This document shows positions 28,201-41,995 of a stretch of 64,000 bases of DNA, one piece after another (position 1 is the stretch's first letter; each line of letters opens with the position of its first letter). Made by a program: the position numbers and the translations under genes. The notes under the pieces were generated by a model, which saw only the letters and a program-made list of their open reading frames with translations, was not told the origin of the DNA and made no database searches. This DNA comes from Octopus sinensis (taxonomy: Eukaryota): the NCBI RefSeq assembly GCF_006345805.1, contig NC_043009.1:30876001-30940000 (forward strand), given 5' to 3'.

Positions 28201-29754
28201 AAAAATATAATACAATAAGGATATAATAAAAATTTTCGGAGACATCGGCAGCCTCTACTGAGATATGTTCTGGTATATCTGGATTCTGAAAAGATGTCTG
28301 TTAAGTCCATGGTGATTAGAATGTTCTGGTACATTTGTGATTATTGTATTAAATAAAATGGCTTTACTCTCACTCTTTTAAAATTTAATCTAATTTGGTT
28401 GATTATGTGGAACACCTTACAGACATTGCTTTCATAGGTTCATCAAAATAAAACTTGAAAAAAAAACCATAATTCCTGTAAAATTCGAAAGAAAGAAAGA
28501 GAAAGACAGAGAGAGGGAAAGAGTGAGAGAGAGAGAGAGAATTTATTGAGAAAGGGGAAAAATATACAATGAAAATCAAAGTTGAGTTTTATATTGAATA
28601 TTAATGTTGAAGTCAATGCCAAGAGTTGTTTGCCTGTAATAAAAGGTAGAAGTAGAGGTGGGAGGAGAATCTTGGCAGATTGTTCGCTTAGGGCTCTTAA
28701 TTTGCATCACAAACGAACATGATTATTCTTACCCTGCAATAAATTAATCAGAGAAATAAAACATATTCAACTTCCATTTTCAATATATTCAAAATGGTTA
28801 CCAAGAAAATATTTTTGACATTGAGTGGGATAATTTAAATGATGAGATGAAGTTCATTTAGCTGCAAGTTGTACTCTGATTACAAGAGAAGCAACGAATC
28901 ATACACAATATTTTTTCAAAATGAGATGAAAAAATTTCAGAAAATTACCAGACAAACAATGATGAAAAATTCATCACTGAAAAATTCCATCTTATCTTGA
29001 ATAGGAGCAGCTGCAAGAATGTGAAATGTTGCCATACAAAACTATACAAGCTCGATATTGATCAGAGAATATGATTGTGAAAGACAAGACCAGTTAATAT
29101 CTCCTCTCTTACTAATATCACCATCCACCTTCATTTTAAAATCATATCAGTTCCAAGAATGAACTAAACAGAATATTCACATTTAAGGAACAATAGTCTA
29201 TGCGTTATATAAGTCTCACTTTTACGGATATGTTTGACCTTTGCTTCTGCATTTAATTAATGTATTCAAATGTCATATGAAGAGCATCCTGGTCTGGGAC
29301 ATCTTGCTATCATCGTCAACATAGCCGTCAGTTTAACATTCACTTTTCCATGCTTGCATTGATTATACAGAATTAGTTTGAATCAGGTTTTCCACGACAA
29401 CACGCCCTTCCTGTTGACAGCCATCACTTGTTTCCAAGCGAGTTAATATTTATCTTTTGACCGTACAGGTTTTCGCAGACAACAGGAAATGTATGACACA
29501 GCTTGAATGATGGTGATACATGCTTACGAACATCGTGCGATGTCAGCACAAGGAGACACAAATTCAGACATACAGCTTTAAAATAATTAGCACCATTCAC
29601 TGTTCTGTTAGGAAAATAAAACCCTAATTAATTCTGGCCCTTCAATTCTTCGATTGCAATATTTTATGGTTTTATGTCTTTGCAGCATTCAGTGGAGGTT
29701 TCAGATGTATCAGTCGTGTATGAAATAACTGAGCTGGACTAAAATATAACTGGT

Positions 29755-30710
29755 GACTCCATTGATTACGATAAAGAGTGTTCCAGTCAATCTGCTCCAT
29801 GGAAGAGCCTGCTCGTAAAATTAATGCATAAGTGACTGAGCTCACCACAACCATGCATAGCCTTAATGTGGTTCTCAGAGCGGTAACGTGAAATGAAGTG
29901 TTTTGCTCAAGGACACAGCATGCTGCAGGAAATTGAACTCACAACCTTACAAGTGTGAGTCAAATACACTAACAATAAAGCTATGCACCTTCACACTAAA
30001 ATACGATACAAAGAAGTAATATTTCTTCCATTATCTTAAGGAACTGGCAGAATTGTTAGCACACTTAGTTGCATTTCACCTATTGGTACATTCTGAGTTC
30101 GAACCCAACTGAGGTCAACTCTACCTTTCATCCTTTTGGGGTCAATAAATCAAGTACCAGTTAAGTACTGGGGTCAATGTAGTCGACTAGAATCCTCCCC
30201 CAAATTTCAGACCCTGTGCCTATAGTAGGAAGGATTATGTTAAGGAGCTGGCAGAATCACTAGCACGCTTAGCGGTATTTCCCCCATCGCTACGTTCTGA
30301 GTTCAAATCCCACCAAGGCCGGCTTTGCCTTTCATACTTTTGGGAGTCGATAAAGAAAGTACCAGTTGAACACTGGAGTCAATCTAATCGACTCATTCCC
30401 TCCCTCAAAATTGCTACTTTTGTGGCAAAATTTGAAACCAATATCTTAAGGCTTTTCTCAATCTATGCAGTGTCACAGCAATGTATAATGATCTCAAATT
30501 TTAGTAAAAGGCCAGAAGATTTTGAGAGGAGGGGGGGGCAAGTCGATTACATCGTTCAAAGTACTTCACTGGTGCTTGTCTTACCAAGTCTTCAAAGGAT
30601 GAAAGGCAAAGCCAGCTTACACAGGATTTCTGCCTAAAACATAAACACTGATGAAATAACATCAAACATTTTGTCTGGCATGTTAATGTTTCTACCAGCT
30701 CACTGCTTTT
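29755..30710. mobile_element. SINE cluster: B-type (29755-29995 minus), two tandem C (30038-30236 and 30243-30443 plus), one C (30500-30710 minus)
   Basis: Family motifs as described above. Confidence 0.8.
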
Positions 30711-31534
30711 TAGCAATGAATAATGATAATGTTTTATTTTCAGTTATGAATTCAATGTATAAAAGTAATTTATTCAAGAATAAAACAGAAATAAAATTAA
30801 GAGAAAATAAGACTCTGGCAGAAGATTAGAGAAGTTATATCACCATGATTGTGAAGAAGCATTGGTTATTAACAGTTTAGGGAATTTAATGCTTTGCCAG
30901 TATGTAAGTATATGTGTGTGTGTATGTGTGTATATACATACATAAAACATAGGTAAAGTAAGTCAAACAGAGGATAGGTAAAGTAAAACAAGGTATACTG
31001 ATGGTGATGATGATGCTGATGATAACTATGGCAACACCACTGATGGTGGTGGTGGTGGTAGTGAGGGCTGAAGAGGTGTGGTGCTGGTTGAGGTGAGCAG
31101 GTTAGTGGTGGGGTGATAGGGGTGATGACTATAATGGTGGTGGTGGTTGTGGTGGTGGTGGTGGTGACAAGGATGGAGATATTGATGATAGCAATGATAG
31201 TCATGATGATGATGGTGGTGTTGTTGTTGACGATGATAATGGTGCTGGTGGAGATGATGTTTTTGCTTCAAATTAAAACTTTCAACACTTTTACAGATTT
31301 TAGCTTCCTTTTTCAATTTACTATTTTCTGTTTCATTTTACACAACTTTCTAATTAAGTCACATATCAATTAGGCAATTTTTTCACCCATTTTTTAAAGA
31401 ACTTACATTAATAATATTTATGGTTTCGTAACCAACTAAATTAATGCTACATCATGCACTATATATGCTGCACATAAATTCACACACACACACACATAAA
31501 CATGCATGCACACATATACCAGCACATACAAATA

Positions 31535-31576
<42 letters not shown>

Positions 31577-31707
31577 TCACAAATGCATATAATTTCATAC
31601 ATCAAACACACATATGCATGTGTATATAAAGATGTGCATATACATAAATAGATGTGTTTATGCATATTTATATATATATATATGATATATATATATATAT
31701 GTGTGTG

Positions 31708-31780
<73 letters not shown>

Positions 31781-31783
<3 letters not shown>

Positions 31784-32140
31784 TGTATATATATATATAT
31801 ATATAAATCTATGTGTGTGTATATATATCTATTATATGAATACATATATATATATACACACACATATATGTGTATGTGCGTATTTTTATAAACTAATGTA
31901 CAAAGTGCATGTGTCAATCTTCAATGATACATATATTTCTGTAAACATAATTTTAAATATCGAATACTGCATATGTTTGCACTTATAAACTAATAATTAT
32001 ATATATACAAACTGAATACGAGATCTTGTTGTGTCTTGAGAGGGTTATTATGCCAATGATATTAACACATGTGCTGGTTCAGTGAATGCCATAGGATATA
32101 TCTCTCTCAATCTACAAATTTACATCTCTGTCTATATGAG

Positions 32141-32172
<32 letters not shown>

Positions 32173-32558
32173 TATATAGATATATATATATATATATGCA
32201 TGTATATATATATATATATATATAAATCTATGTGTGTGTAATATATCTATTATATGAATACATATATATATATACACACACATATATGTGTATGTGCGTA
32301 TTTTTATAAACTAATGTACAAAGTGCATGTGTCAATCTTCAATGATACATATATTTCTGTAAACATAATTTTAAATATCGAATACTGCATATGTTTGCAC
32401 TTATAAACTAATAATTATATATATACAAACTGAATACGAGATCTTGTTGTGTCTTGAGAGGGTTATTATGCCAATGATATTAACACATGTGCTGGTTCAG
32501 TGAATGCCATAGGATATATCTCTCTCAATCTACAAATTTACATCTCTGTCTATATGAG

Positions 32559-32580
<22 letters not shown>
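31781..32580. repeat. Near-identical tandem duplication, period about 418 bp
   Basis: The unique core 31873-32140 is repeated at 32291-32558. Junctions lie in (TA)n. Confidence 0.95.
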
Positions 32581-32617
<37 letters not shown>

Positions 32618-33139
32618 TATATTAGTAGGTATTTGATATGTAAACATAAATATACATATATAATATATGTATCCATGCATATTTCTATATTTTTCTTGTT
32701 GCGTCTGAGTGGAAAGGACTTTGTTATGTAGAAACATGTTTGCAGCGTAAGCTTGGTATTCTTGAAACAGCTGTCAAGATAAAATTATCATATGAATTTT
32801 CTGCTCACTTCATTTTACATACATACACTGTATGTTCAATCTTGTGTAAGTATAGACATTAGGCTAGATACCATTCCTACTTCATATTTATCCAATATTG
32901 AGACATCCACACGTACATTTCTATGTACATATAAATATATATACATATGCATACACACACACATATTTACATACATATATGTGTGTGTGTGAAAAATATA
33001 TATAGATATATGTTTATATATACATGTATATATATCTTGGACTGTTCTGTCATTAGACAGTATATAAGGATTCGGAAATTTCTTGCCGATCAACCACACA
33101 GATTATTTGTTTATAGTGATCAAATGTTTGTGTTTACAT

Positions 33140-33334
33140 AAGCACATTCCATCAATTCAACATTACCTGTACAGGTGCAACAGATGAGATACGTCAGATG
33201 CTGAAAGGATTGCAGAGCAACGTAAAATGTAATGCTTTGCTCAAGAACACAAAACAATGCCCGGCCTGGGAATTGAACCCACGATCTAGCAATCTTGAGT
33301 GCAACACCTTAATCACCAAGCAATGCACCTTCAC

Positions 33335-33335
<1 letters not shown>
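33140..33335 (-). mobile_element. tRNA-derived SINE (B-type head, third tail type)
   Basis: gggttcaattcccagg B box and tgtgttcttgagcaaagca. The tail resembles 55340-55375. Confidence 0.7.
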
Positions 33336-33392
<57 letters not shown>

Positions 33393-33595
33393 TGCTTAGT
33401 AGTAAACTCGATGCTTGCTACAGGAGGACTGGTAACCATTACAATTTGTAGCGGCGAAAGGTCTGGACGTTGTTTTCTGAGGCTGACCAAAGAATTTTTA
33501 TTTTTAGATATAAATGATGTACTCAAGTGTAGTTATGTTTTTAGCTGTGCTTTTTCCATGATCATACGTGAGTATTTTATTATATCCCATCGAAA

Positions 33596-33660
33596 TTTCT
33601 ACTGAAGAAGGAATATATCTTTTTTATAAGATTAAGTCCGAAATTGATTCAATATAGAGA
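33596..33660 (+). ncRNA. Well-formed type I hammerhead ribozyme motif
   Basis: Stem I tttcta/tagaga, CTGAAGA core, stem II gga...tcc, GAAA, stem III ATTG-att-CAAT, cleavage triplet AUA. Confidence 0.7.
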
Positions 33661-33891
33661 TAACGAAATTTAAATTTTCTAAAGGTTAGTTGCCCGTTTT
33701 CAGTTTCAATTTTCCTGTAACAAGCGGATTATAAGTGGATAAAACAGTGTATTTGGCTTTAGAATAACCCTCTTTAGCCCTTAATTATATGATGTATATG
33801 TATATATATACATATATAATGCATGTATATATGTATGCATACATATATATATGTATATAATGTAAGTACATATATATCTATGTGTGTGTGT

Positions 33892-33924
<33 letters not shown>

Positions 33925-33986
33925 ATGCATGTATATATATATATATATGTATGTATACATATATATATATAGATAGATAGATATAT

Positions 33987-35581
33987 TAGAGTTTCTACCT
34001 ACGATTTGTAGAAAAGGCATAGGTAGAAACTCTATAAGATGGACCAAGTGTAAGCTATGGACATATAAGAGGTGCAGCAATGTCAAAGGAAGGCCAACTA
34101 GGAAGATAGTTTTTGTATGTCGCAGATGCTCAGGACCAATAAACACTGAAAATGTGCAGAGAACAAATTCCGCTACTTTCCATGGAGAAAAACTAGAAGT
34201 AATTGATAGCTTCCGTTACCTAGGTGTCCAAGTCAGTAGCGGGGGCGGGTGTGCTGAAAGTGTAACTGCTAGAGTTAGAATAGCCTGGGCAAAGTTCAGA
34301 GAGCTCTTACCTCTGCTGGTGACAAAATATCTCTCGCTCAGAGTAAAAGGCAGACTGTATGACGCATGTGCATGAACAGCCATGCTACACGGCAGTGAAA
34401 CATGGGCCGTGACTGCTGAGGACATGCGTAAGCTCACAAGGAATGAAGCCAGTATGCTCTGAGGGATGTGTAATGTCAGTGTACATACTCGACAGAGTGT
34501 AAGTACCTTGAAAAGTTGGACTTAAGAAGCATCAGTTGTGGTGTGCAAGAGAGATGACTGTGCTGGGATGGTCATGTGGCGAGAATGGATGAAGATAGGT
34601 GTGTAAAAAGTGCCACTCCCTAGCAGTTGAGGGAACCTGTGGAAGAGGTAGACCCAGGAAAATCTGGGATGAGGTGGTGAAGCACAACCTTCAAACATTA
34701 GGCCTCACCAAGGCAATGACAACTGACCAAGACCTTTGGAAATATGCTGTGCCTGAGAAGACCTGGCAGAACAAGTGAGACCATAAACTCATGGCCTTTA
34801 CCAGGGATGTAGCCAGCCCATTTATGCATACCTTTCCTTCTTTGGACACAAAATTCTGCTTGCAAAGACCTGTTGAGGCAAGTGAAATTGAAATTGAATT
34901 CAAAATCGAACCAAATCCGACGACTGGCACCCATGCCAACCTCCCTTTATTGGACACTAAACTCTGCTTGTGAAGACCTGTTGGGGCAAGTGAAATCGAA
35001 ATTGAACCAAATTCGATGACCGGCACTCGTGTCAGTGGAGTGCTAACAGCTCCATCTAAGCAGGACCACTGCCAGAGCAGCTGTCTGGCTTCCGTGCCAG
35101 TGGGCACATAAAAAGCACCTTTTGAGCATGATCGTTACCAGTGATGCCTTACTGGCACTTGTGCCGGTGGCATGTGAACGAAACATTCGAGCGAGGTTGT
35201 TGCCAGTACTGCTGGATTGACTTCTGTGTAGTGGCAAGTAAAGAAACACCGTTTCAACCCTTTGCTTGAGAAAATCTATTGAGTCAAGTACATCAACATC
35301 AAAAAATCAAATGGAAATTGTAGTTGGGATACCTGTGCCAGTGGCATGTAAAAAGTACCATCCGAACGTGGCCGATGCCAGCACTGCCTTGACTGGCTTC
35401 CATGCCAGTAGCACGTAAAAAGCACCAACTGATCGTGGCCATTGCCAGCCTCGCCTGTAGAAACACTGCCAGATCAGACTGGAGCCTGGTGCAGCCTCCT
35501 GGCTTCCCAGACCCCAGTCGAACCGTCCAACCCATGTTAGCATGGAAAACAGACGTTAAACGATGATGATGATGATGATGA
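33987..35581 (+). mobile_element. RTE LINE, 5'-truncated, with long structured 3' UTR
   Basis: Cys-rich segment then [51 protein letters not shown]. Stop at 34776-34778 and a (GAT)n tail. Confidence 0.93.
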
Positions 35582-35754
35582 TATATATTCTGAATTCAAT
35601 TTGTGCAAAGGTCAACTTTGCCTTTCATACTTTTAGGATCGATAAAATAAATACCAGTGAAACATGGGTTGGTGTAATCAACTAACCTGCTCCCCGAAAA
35701 TTTCAGGCTTTGTGCCCATAGATGAAAGGATCATAATTATTATTATTACTATTA

Positions 35755-35805
<51 letters not shown>

Positions 35806-36066
35806 GTTTGGCATTTTGCTTTGTAATTGTACAAGTTGACTCCAAGTCTGACCCAGAGATTTGAAGAGACAAGTTTGAAATTCAAATCGGTATTATGACT
35901 AAGGTACCATAGTTTTGGTTTTGTACAGAGTATTGTTCTAGAGAGTGTCTGTCAAGACATAAGGAAACTAAAAGTTTGTTTTAAAAGTAATTTGATGTGT
36001 TCTTAAGATGAAAGTAAAAACTACTTTCGATAATGTTCTGAGATTAAAATGTTATTGGAATTACAT

Positions 36067-36285
36067 AGGCACAGGAGTGGCGGCGTGGTAAGTAGCTTGC
36101 TTACCGACCACATGGTTCTGGGTTCAGTCCCAGTGCGTGACACCTTGGGCGAGTGTCTTCTAGTATCACCTCGGCTGACCAAAGCTTTGTGAGTGCATTT
36201 GGTAGATGGAAACTGAAAGAAGCCCATCATATATATAAATGTGTGTGTGTGTGTGTGTATGTTTGTGTCCGTCCTAACATCACAT
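36067..36285 (+). mobile_element. SINE family A, 5' part
   Basis: ggcacaggagtggcggcgtggtaag... Confidence 0.8.
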
Positions 36286-37098
36286 GAGCATTTATCATAT
36301 TTATTTGTATATAAGGTAGTCCCGGCTCCATTTACTGACATAACCATGTTAGCTGTATCATAAGTGTTTCTACTGTTACCATTTCACAGCAGTTGGTGAT
36401 TTTCATTGTAGTCTACACCTTCATTGTTATTATTCAGATGCGTATGTTCACTAGATCCAGTAGGTGTGTTATTGAACCTTTGATGCATTTTGCCATTGTT
36501 TATGGATAATGATTTTAAAGGAACATCATCACTATACAACTAGTGTTACTCATTTCCAGTTACCCATGAGAAAATGCTTTAGGAAATATGGCATTTGTTT
36601 GTTAGAGGCTACGGTTGGTCTGAGGAATGGTGTCTGGCTCTTTAAAAATTCCCCTCAAAAAATTCTGTCTGACTTAATACAGAAAGGTATGCATAAGTGG
36701 GCTGGCTACATCCCTGGTAAAGGTCACAGGTTATGGTCTCACTTGCACAGAGATATATGTGTATGTATGACAAAACAGTCAACAACTGATGAAGGGTTGT
36801 TCTTTTTGTAGTTGGTCTTATTTTCCATTTGTGTCTTTTGTTCTTCGAAAAAATAATTCACATTCCATGTACTCATACTTTGTATTTTTTGTTGTACACA
36901 TTTCATGACATCCAGTGCCCACATATGCATATATATATATACATACATATAAATGTAAGTATGTACATATACATATGTATATATGCATATATAATATATA
37001 TATATATATATTATATTATTTATATATATATATATATATAAAGATGTATGTACATATACATATGTATATATGCGTATATATATATTATATTATTTATA

Positions 37099-37159
<61 letters not shown>

Positions 37160-37214
37160 ATATATAGATAGATATATATACACAAACACACACACACACA
37201 CACACATATATGCA

Positions 37215-37375
37215 ATGGGCTTCTCTTAGTTTCCATCTACTGAACGAGGTCACAAGGCATTGGTCGGCTCAAGGCTATAGTACAAGACACTGGTGCAAAA
37301 TCCCACAGAGTTAGACAGAACTTGGAACCATAGTGTGAGAAGCAAACTTCTTACTACACAGGCATGCCTGTGCCT
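37215..37375 (-). mobile_element. SINE family A, 5' part, decayed
   Basis: Family motifs. Confidence 0.7.
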
Positions 37376-37384
37376 ATATATATA

Positions 37385-37431
<47 letters not shown>

Positions 37432-37516
37432 ATATTTTTGACTATTTATTAAAATTTTATGTATTGATTAAGTTTTTCCTTGTTTGTTTTGCAAAATAGT
37501 GGTTTTGTCTCGAATA

Positions 37517-37553
<37 letters not shown>

Positions 37554-37802
37554 GAATATGGACACATATCTGCAAATAGAAATACACAAATTGCTATACA
37601 CAGATGAAATGCATATGTGAATTGTTATAAACATGTTTACTAGTATTAATTATAATTGAACAGTAAATGGCTCATCACATAAGACATCATAAGACTGGAA
37701 AAAGCAAAACAGGACAAATATACACACACATGCCTACATGTATGTACGTACATGTATGTATACATAAATACATATATATGTTTGTATGTGTATATATGTA
37801 TA

Positions 37803-37851
<49 letters not shown>

Positions 37852-37858
37852 TATATAT

Positions 37859-37897
<39 letters not shown>

Positions 37898-38283
37898 TTT
37901 ATCTATATATATAAATATATACACACATACATATATACATGCGTATGTAATAATGACACAGTTTTTCAGAAACATACTTGTCCATACATACATACAAATA
38001 TAAATAAATACACACATTCACTATATATCTATGTATAGATATGCACACACACATACATACTCATATACAAGGAGTCACACACACACACATGAACTCTCTC
38101 ACATGCACAATTTTACACACATAGACTTATATCTTCACACATGCTGCATAAACGTACAGAACTCTAAACTTATTAGTACACATATTAACACATTCACTTC
38201 AGTATACCCATTCACCATTAATTTGCAAACATATATACACAGGCATGTCTATATATATAGACATATTTATGTATGTGCATGTA

Positions 38284-38328
<45 letters not shown>

Positions 38329-38332
38329 TATA

Positions 38333-38364
<32 letters not shown>

Positions 38365-38586
38365 TATATATACACACATACATACACATGCATATATGTA
38401 TGTATACATACATATAAACACACATATATACATAGTTGTACATATATATATATCCATACATATATATATATGTATATATATATATACATATATATATATA
38501 CATATATATATATACATATTTATACATATATATTCATATGTATATATATATATATACACACATATATATACGTATACATATATATT

Positions 38587-38630
<44 letters not shown>

Positions 38631-39271
38631 ATATACATATATATATATAGATATATATACATATATGTATGTGTGTACAGTGTGTATCTGTATATCAATC
38701 AGTAAAAAAGCTACAATAGTGACTCAGTAGCAGTTAGTTTCATGTCTACCACTAATAAAACAAACACATGTACCCACAAACAACTACACATACAAACATG
38801 GAAACACACACATACATGTTTGCATATGTGAGTATGCATACATGCATATAGAAAACATGTATATATACATATATATATATACACACACACACACATATAT
38901 ATATACATACACATACAGGTAGAAAATTAGTATACCCACACATATATAAGAATATATGCATATAGTATATATACATGTCTCTATGAATGTATGTGTATGT
39001 AGATGTGTATACAGGTTTGTGTGAGTGAGCATTTGTGTGTTTGTTATACATAAACAAGAACAAAAACAGCTGTAAAACACAGACTAATCAGTTAAAAGCA
39101 GATTTTTATATGAAATTTTTGTTTGTCAAATAAAATAAAACTTCTCTTTGATATTTATTTCTAGCAATCGTTTTAATAAATTGAACTGCAACAGTTGTAC
39201 TATGATACATAGATATTCAATATACATGTTGATATATACATAAGCACACACACACCCACATATATACATGT

Positions 39272-39302
<31 letters not shown>

Positions 39303-39444
39303 CATATATGTGATAAATACATATCTATATCATATATGCATACACACACATATGTATATATAGCTATATGTATATATATATTTATATGCATATGTATGTA
39401 TATATGTAGAAGTGTATATGCATTTATAAATGTAATTCTATGTA

Positions 39445-39487
<43 letters not shown>

Positions 39488-39961
39488 ATTTGTACGTATA
39501 TGCATAAATCTCTCTCTACCTCTATCCATGTGTGTCTCTCTCTCACTTTCTCTTTCTCTCCACACCCACACATATATCAGAATATATATATATATATATA
39601 TCTGTTGTGAAAACTAAATTTTGTTGTTACATATTGTAATTTTTATTACTGTCTTTTTCGGGTTAGTGTTTGTTGTTAAAATTTTCAGTTACGTAATTAA
39701 TAAAAATAATGAGCATTATGTCAATGTTGATAATTATTGATACTATGTAACTAAAATCTGGAAAGTATTCAAAAAAACTCATCTTTGCAAAACATGTGAA
39801 ATTATTTTACACAGTATAATTGTATAGAGTCTTCTTGAATATCTATCAGATTGCTTATTTACCCTGTCTGCATATCTGCCCATTGATCTATCCATCTTTC
39901 AATCCATATATAATATCATCTGTCACTTTATGAGCCTGCCTCCCTCCTTGCTTTCTCTCTC

Positions 39962-39962
<1 letters not shown>

Positions 39963-40020
<58 letters not shown>
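39963..40020. repeat. (TATC)n microsatellite
   Basis: Direct inspection. Confidence 0.95.
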
Positions 40021-40021
<1 letters not shown>

Positions 40022-41176
40022 GCAGTCGTGGATCAAAAAGAGGCCGAGGAAGGGCGAATGGCACCGCGAGTGTCGCGTTGCTCTCAAGCAACTCTGCCGT
40101 CCTGGGTCGACCTTAAGTGACTTCAACACAACCAAAGCATTCTATAGGGGTTTAGTGGAGGGGAGGTACGACGACGAGCTCGGGGCGAACCTGGACGTCG
40201 ACGAGGAGTACCTGACCCGCCTGTTCGGGACGACTTTCGGGCCAGGGCCCATGGACAACTTCCAGAGATCCCTGGCCTGGCAGTGCTACCGAGAAGCGCT
40301 ACCCGTTCGGGATAAGCTCTACAGACACGGCTCGAGAAACACGGGGCCGACCTGCCCGAGATGCGGTCAGAGCGACGAAACCGTTCTGCACGCACTCGTT
40401 CAGTGTCCAACAATTTCCGACCTGTGGGCTTATGTCGAACAACTGCTGTCACGTGTGGGACGAGTCGGTTTATCAGCTGAGTCTATCGTCAATATTGTCA
40501 CGCCTCCTTCCTTCAAACGGGAAGGAAGAGCTATTTTCATCATCCTTGTGGCTATGGCGAAAGAATGTATCTGGTGGACGCGCTGAAAGGATTGGAGACA
40601 AACACTTTCCTCTCTGGTCAATCTCTCATCAACTTCTTCAAGTACCACTTGAAAAGGAAAGTGAGAGTAGAGAGGCAAGTTTTGTCTAGCGAATGTTTTA
40701 AAAAAAGATGGGTGAATGTAGCAAGAATGGCACGTATGAATGACGAAGCCACCTTGAGCATAGTCCTATGAACCCAGAAATCGAAAACAGAGAGTTGCTT
40801 ATTTGCAAAAAAAAAAAAAAAAAAAGAAATATAAAATGTGACTTCATTGACCGAGGTTACCGTGGTCTTTTCCGCAGGCTTTTCTTTCCACGGGTAAACC
40901 TCACCTGTCCTCCCCTTTACACTTCATATTGACATTTCTGTGATAACGATCCCTATTGATCATTTTTTTTTTTCTCCCCCCCCCCCTTTTTTTTTTTTTT
41001 TTTTTTAACCCCCCCTTATTTTTGTCCTCTTTCTCTCCTTTTACGATCCCTTTTGATCGAACCTCCCCCTTCCTTTTTTTTTTTTTTTTTTTTTTTTTTA
41101 ATACCTTCAAAAGAAAAGCTCTACCTTGTAATTTGTTCTATCTGTGTGCAGCCCTGTGTGGCTAATAAAGAAACAT
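40021..41176 (+). mobile_element. Young Tx1/L1-clade LINE 3' fragment (ORF2 C-terminus to 40771, then 3' UTR)
   Basis: LAWQCYREALPV, CPRCGQSDETVLHALVQC (CX2CX8HX4C), AKECIWWTR, FKKRW. One frameshift near 40582, CpGs intact, AATAAA at the end. Confidence 0.9.
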
Positions 41177-41230
41177 ATCTATCTATATACAAATATATAT
41201 ATATATGTATGTATGAATATATGCTTACAT

Positions 41231-41401
41231 AGGCGTAGGAATGGCTGTGTGGTAAGTAGCTTGCTTACAAACCACATGGTTCTGGGTTCAGTCTAACTGT
41301 GAGGTACTTGGGAAAGTGTCTTCTACTATAGCCTCAGGCTGCCCAAAGCCTTGTGAGTGGATTTGGTAAACAGAAACTGAAAGAAGCCCGTCGTATATAT
41401 G

Positions 41402-41450
<49 letters not shown>

Positions 41451-41680
41451 GTGTGTAGATATGTTTGTGTGTCTGTGTTTGTCCTCCCAACATCGCTTGA
41501 CAACCGATGCTGGTGTGTTTACATCCCCGTAACTTAGCGGTTCGGCAAAAGAGACTGATAGAATAATTACTAAGCTTACAAAGAATAAGTCCTGGGATCG
41601 ATTTGCTCGACTAAAGGCGGTGCTCCAGTATGGCCACAGTCAAATGACTGAAACAAGTAAAAGAGTAAGAGTAAAAAGAG
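41231..41680 (+). mobile_element. SINE family A, full length
   Basis: Head, internal microsatellite and tail. Confidence 0.9.
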
Positions 41681-41689
41681 TATATATAT

Positions 41690-41945
41690 TCTTTATTCTT
41701 TTAATTGTTTCAGTCATTTGACTGCGGCCATGCTGGAGCACTGCCTTTAGACGAACAAATCAGCCCCAGAACTTAGTCTTTGTAAGTCTAGTACTTATTC
41801 TATCAGTCTCTTTTGCCAAACTGCTAAGTTACGGGGACATAAATACACTAATGTCAGTTGTCAGTACTATGGGGATAAACACAGACACACAAACACATAC
41901 ATACCTACAACATATATCTATATCTATCTACCTATCTATCTATAC

Positions 41946-41995
<50 letters not shown>

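Noticed and set aside
30869-31373. His/Thr/Val-rich ORFs
   Set aside because: Degenerate (GGT/GAT)n low-complexity tract.
33175-33225. Apparent exon GATDEIRQMLKGLQSN
   Set aside because: It lies within the antisense strand of a SINE.
35030-35430. Regularly spaced repeats resembling a CRISPR array
   Set aside because: The spacers are homologous to each other, the context is a eukaryotic RTE 3' UTR, and there are no cas genes.
36790-36855. CTGATGAAGGG...CGAAA possible hammerhead
   Set aside because: Stem II, stem III and the cleavage site cannot be formed convincingly.
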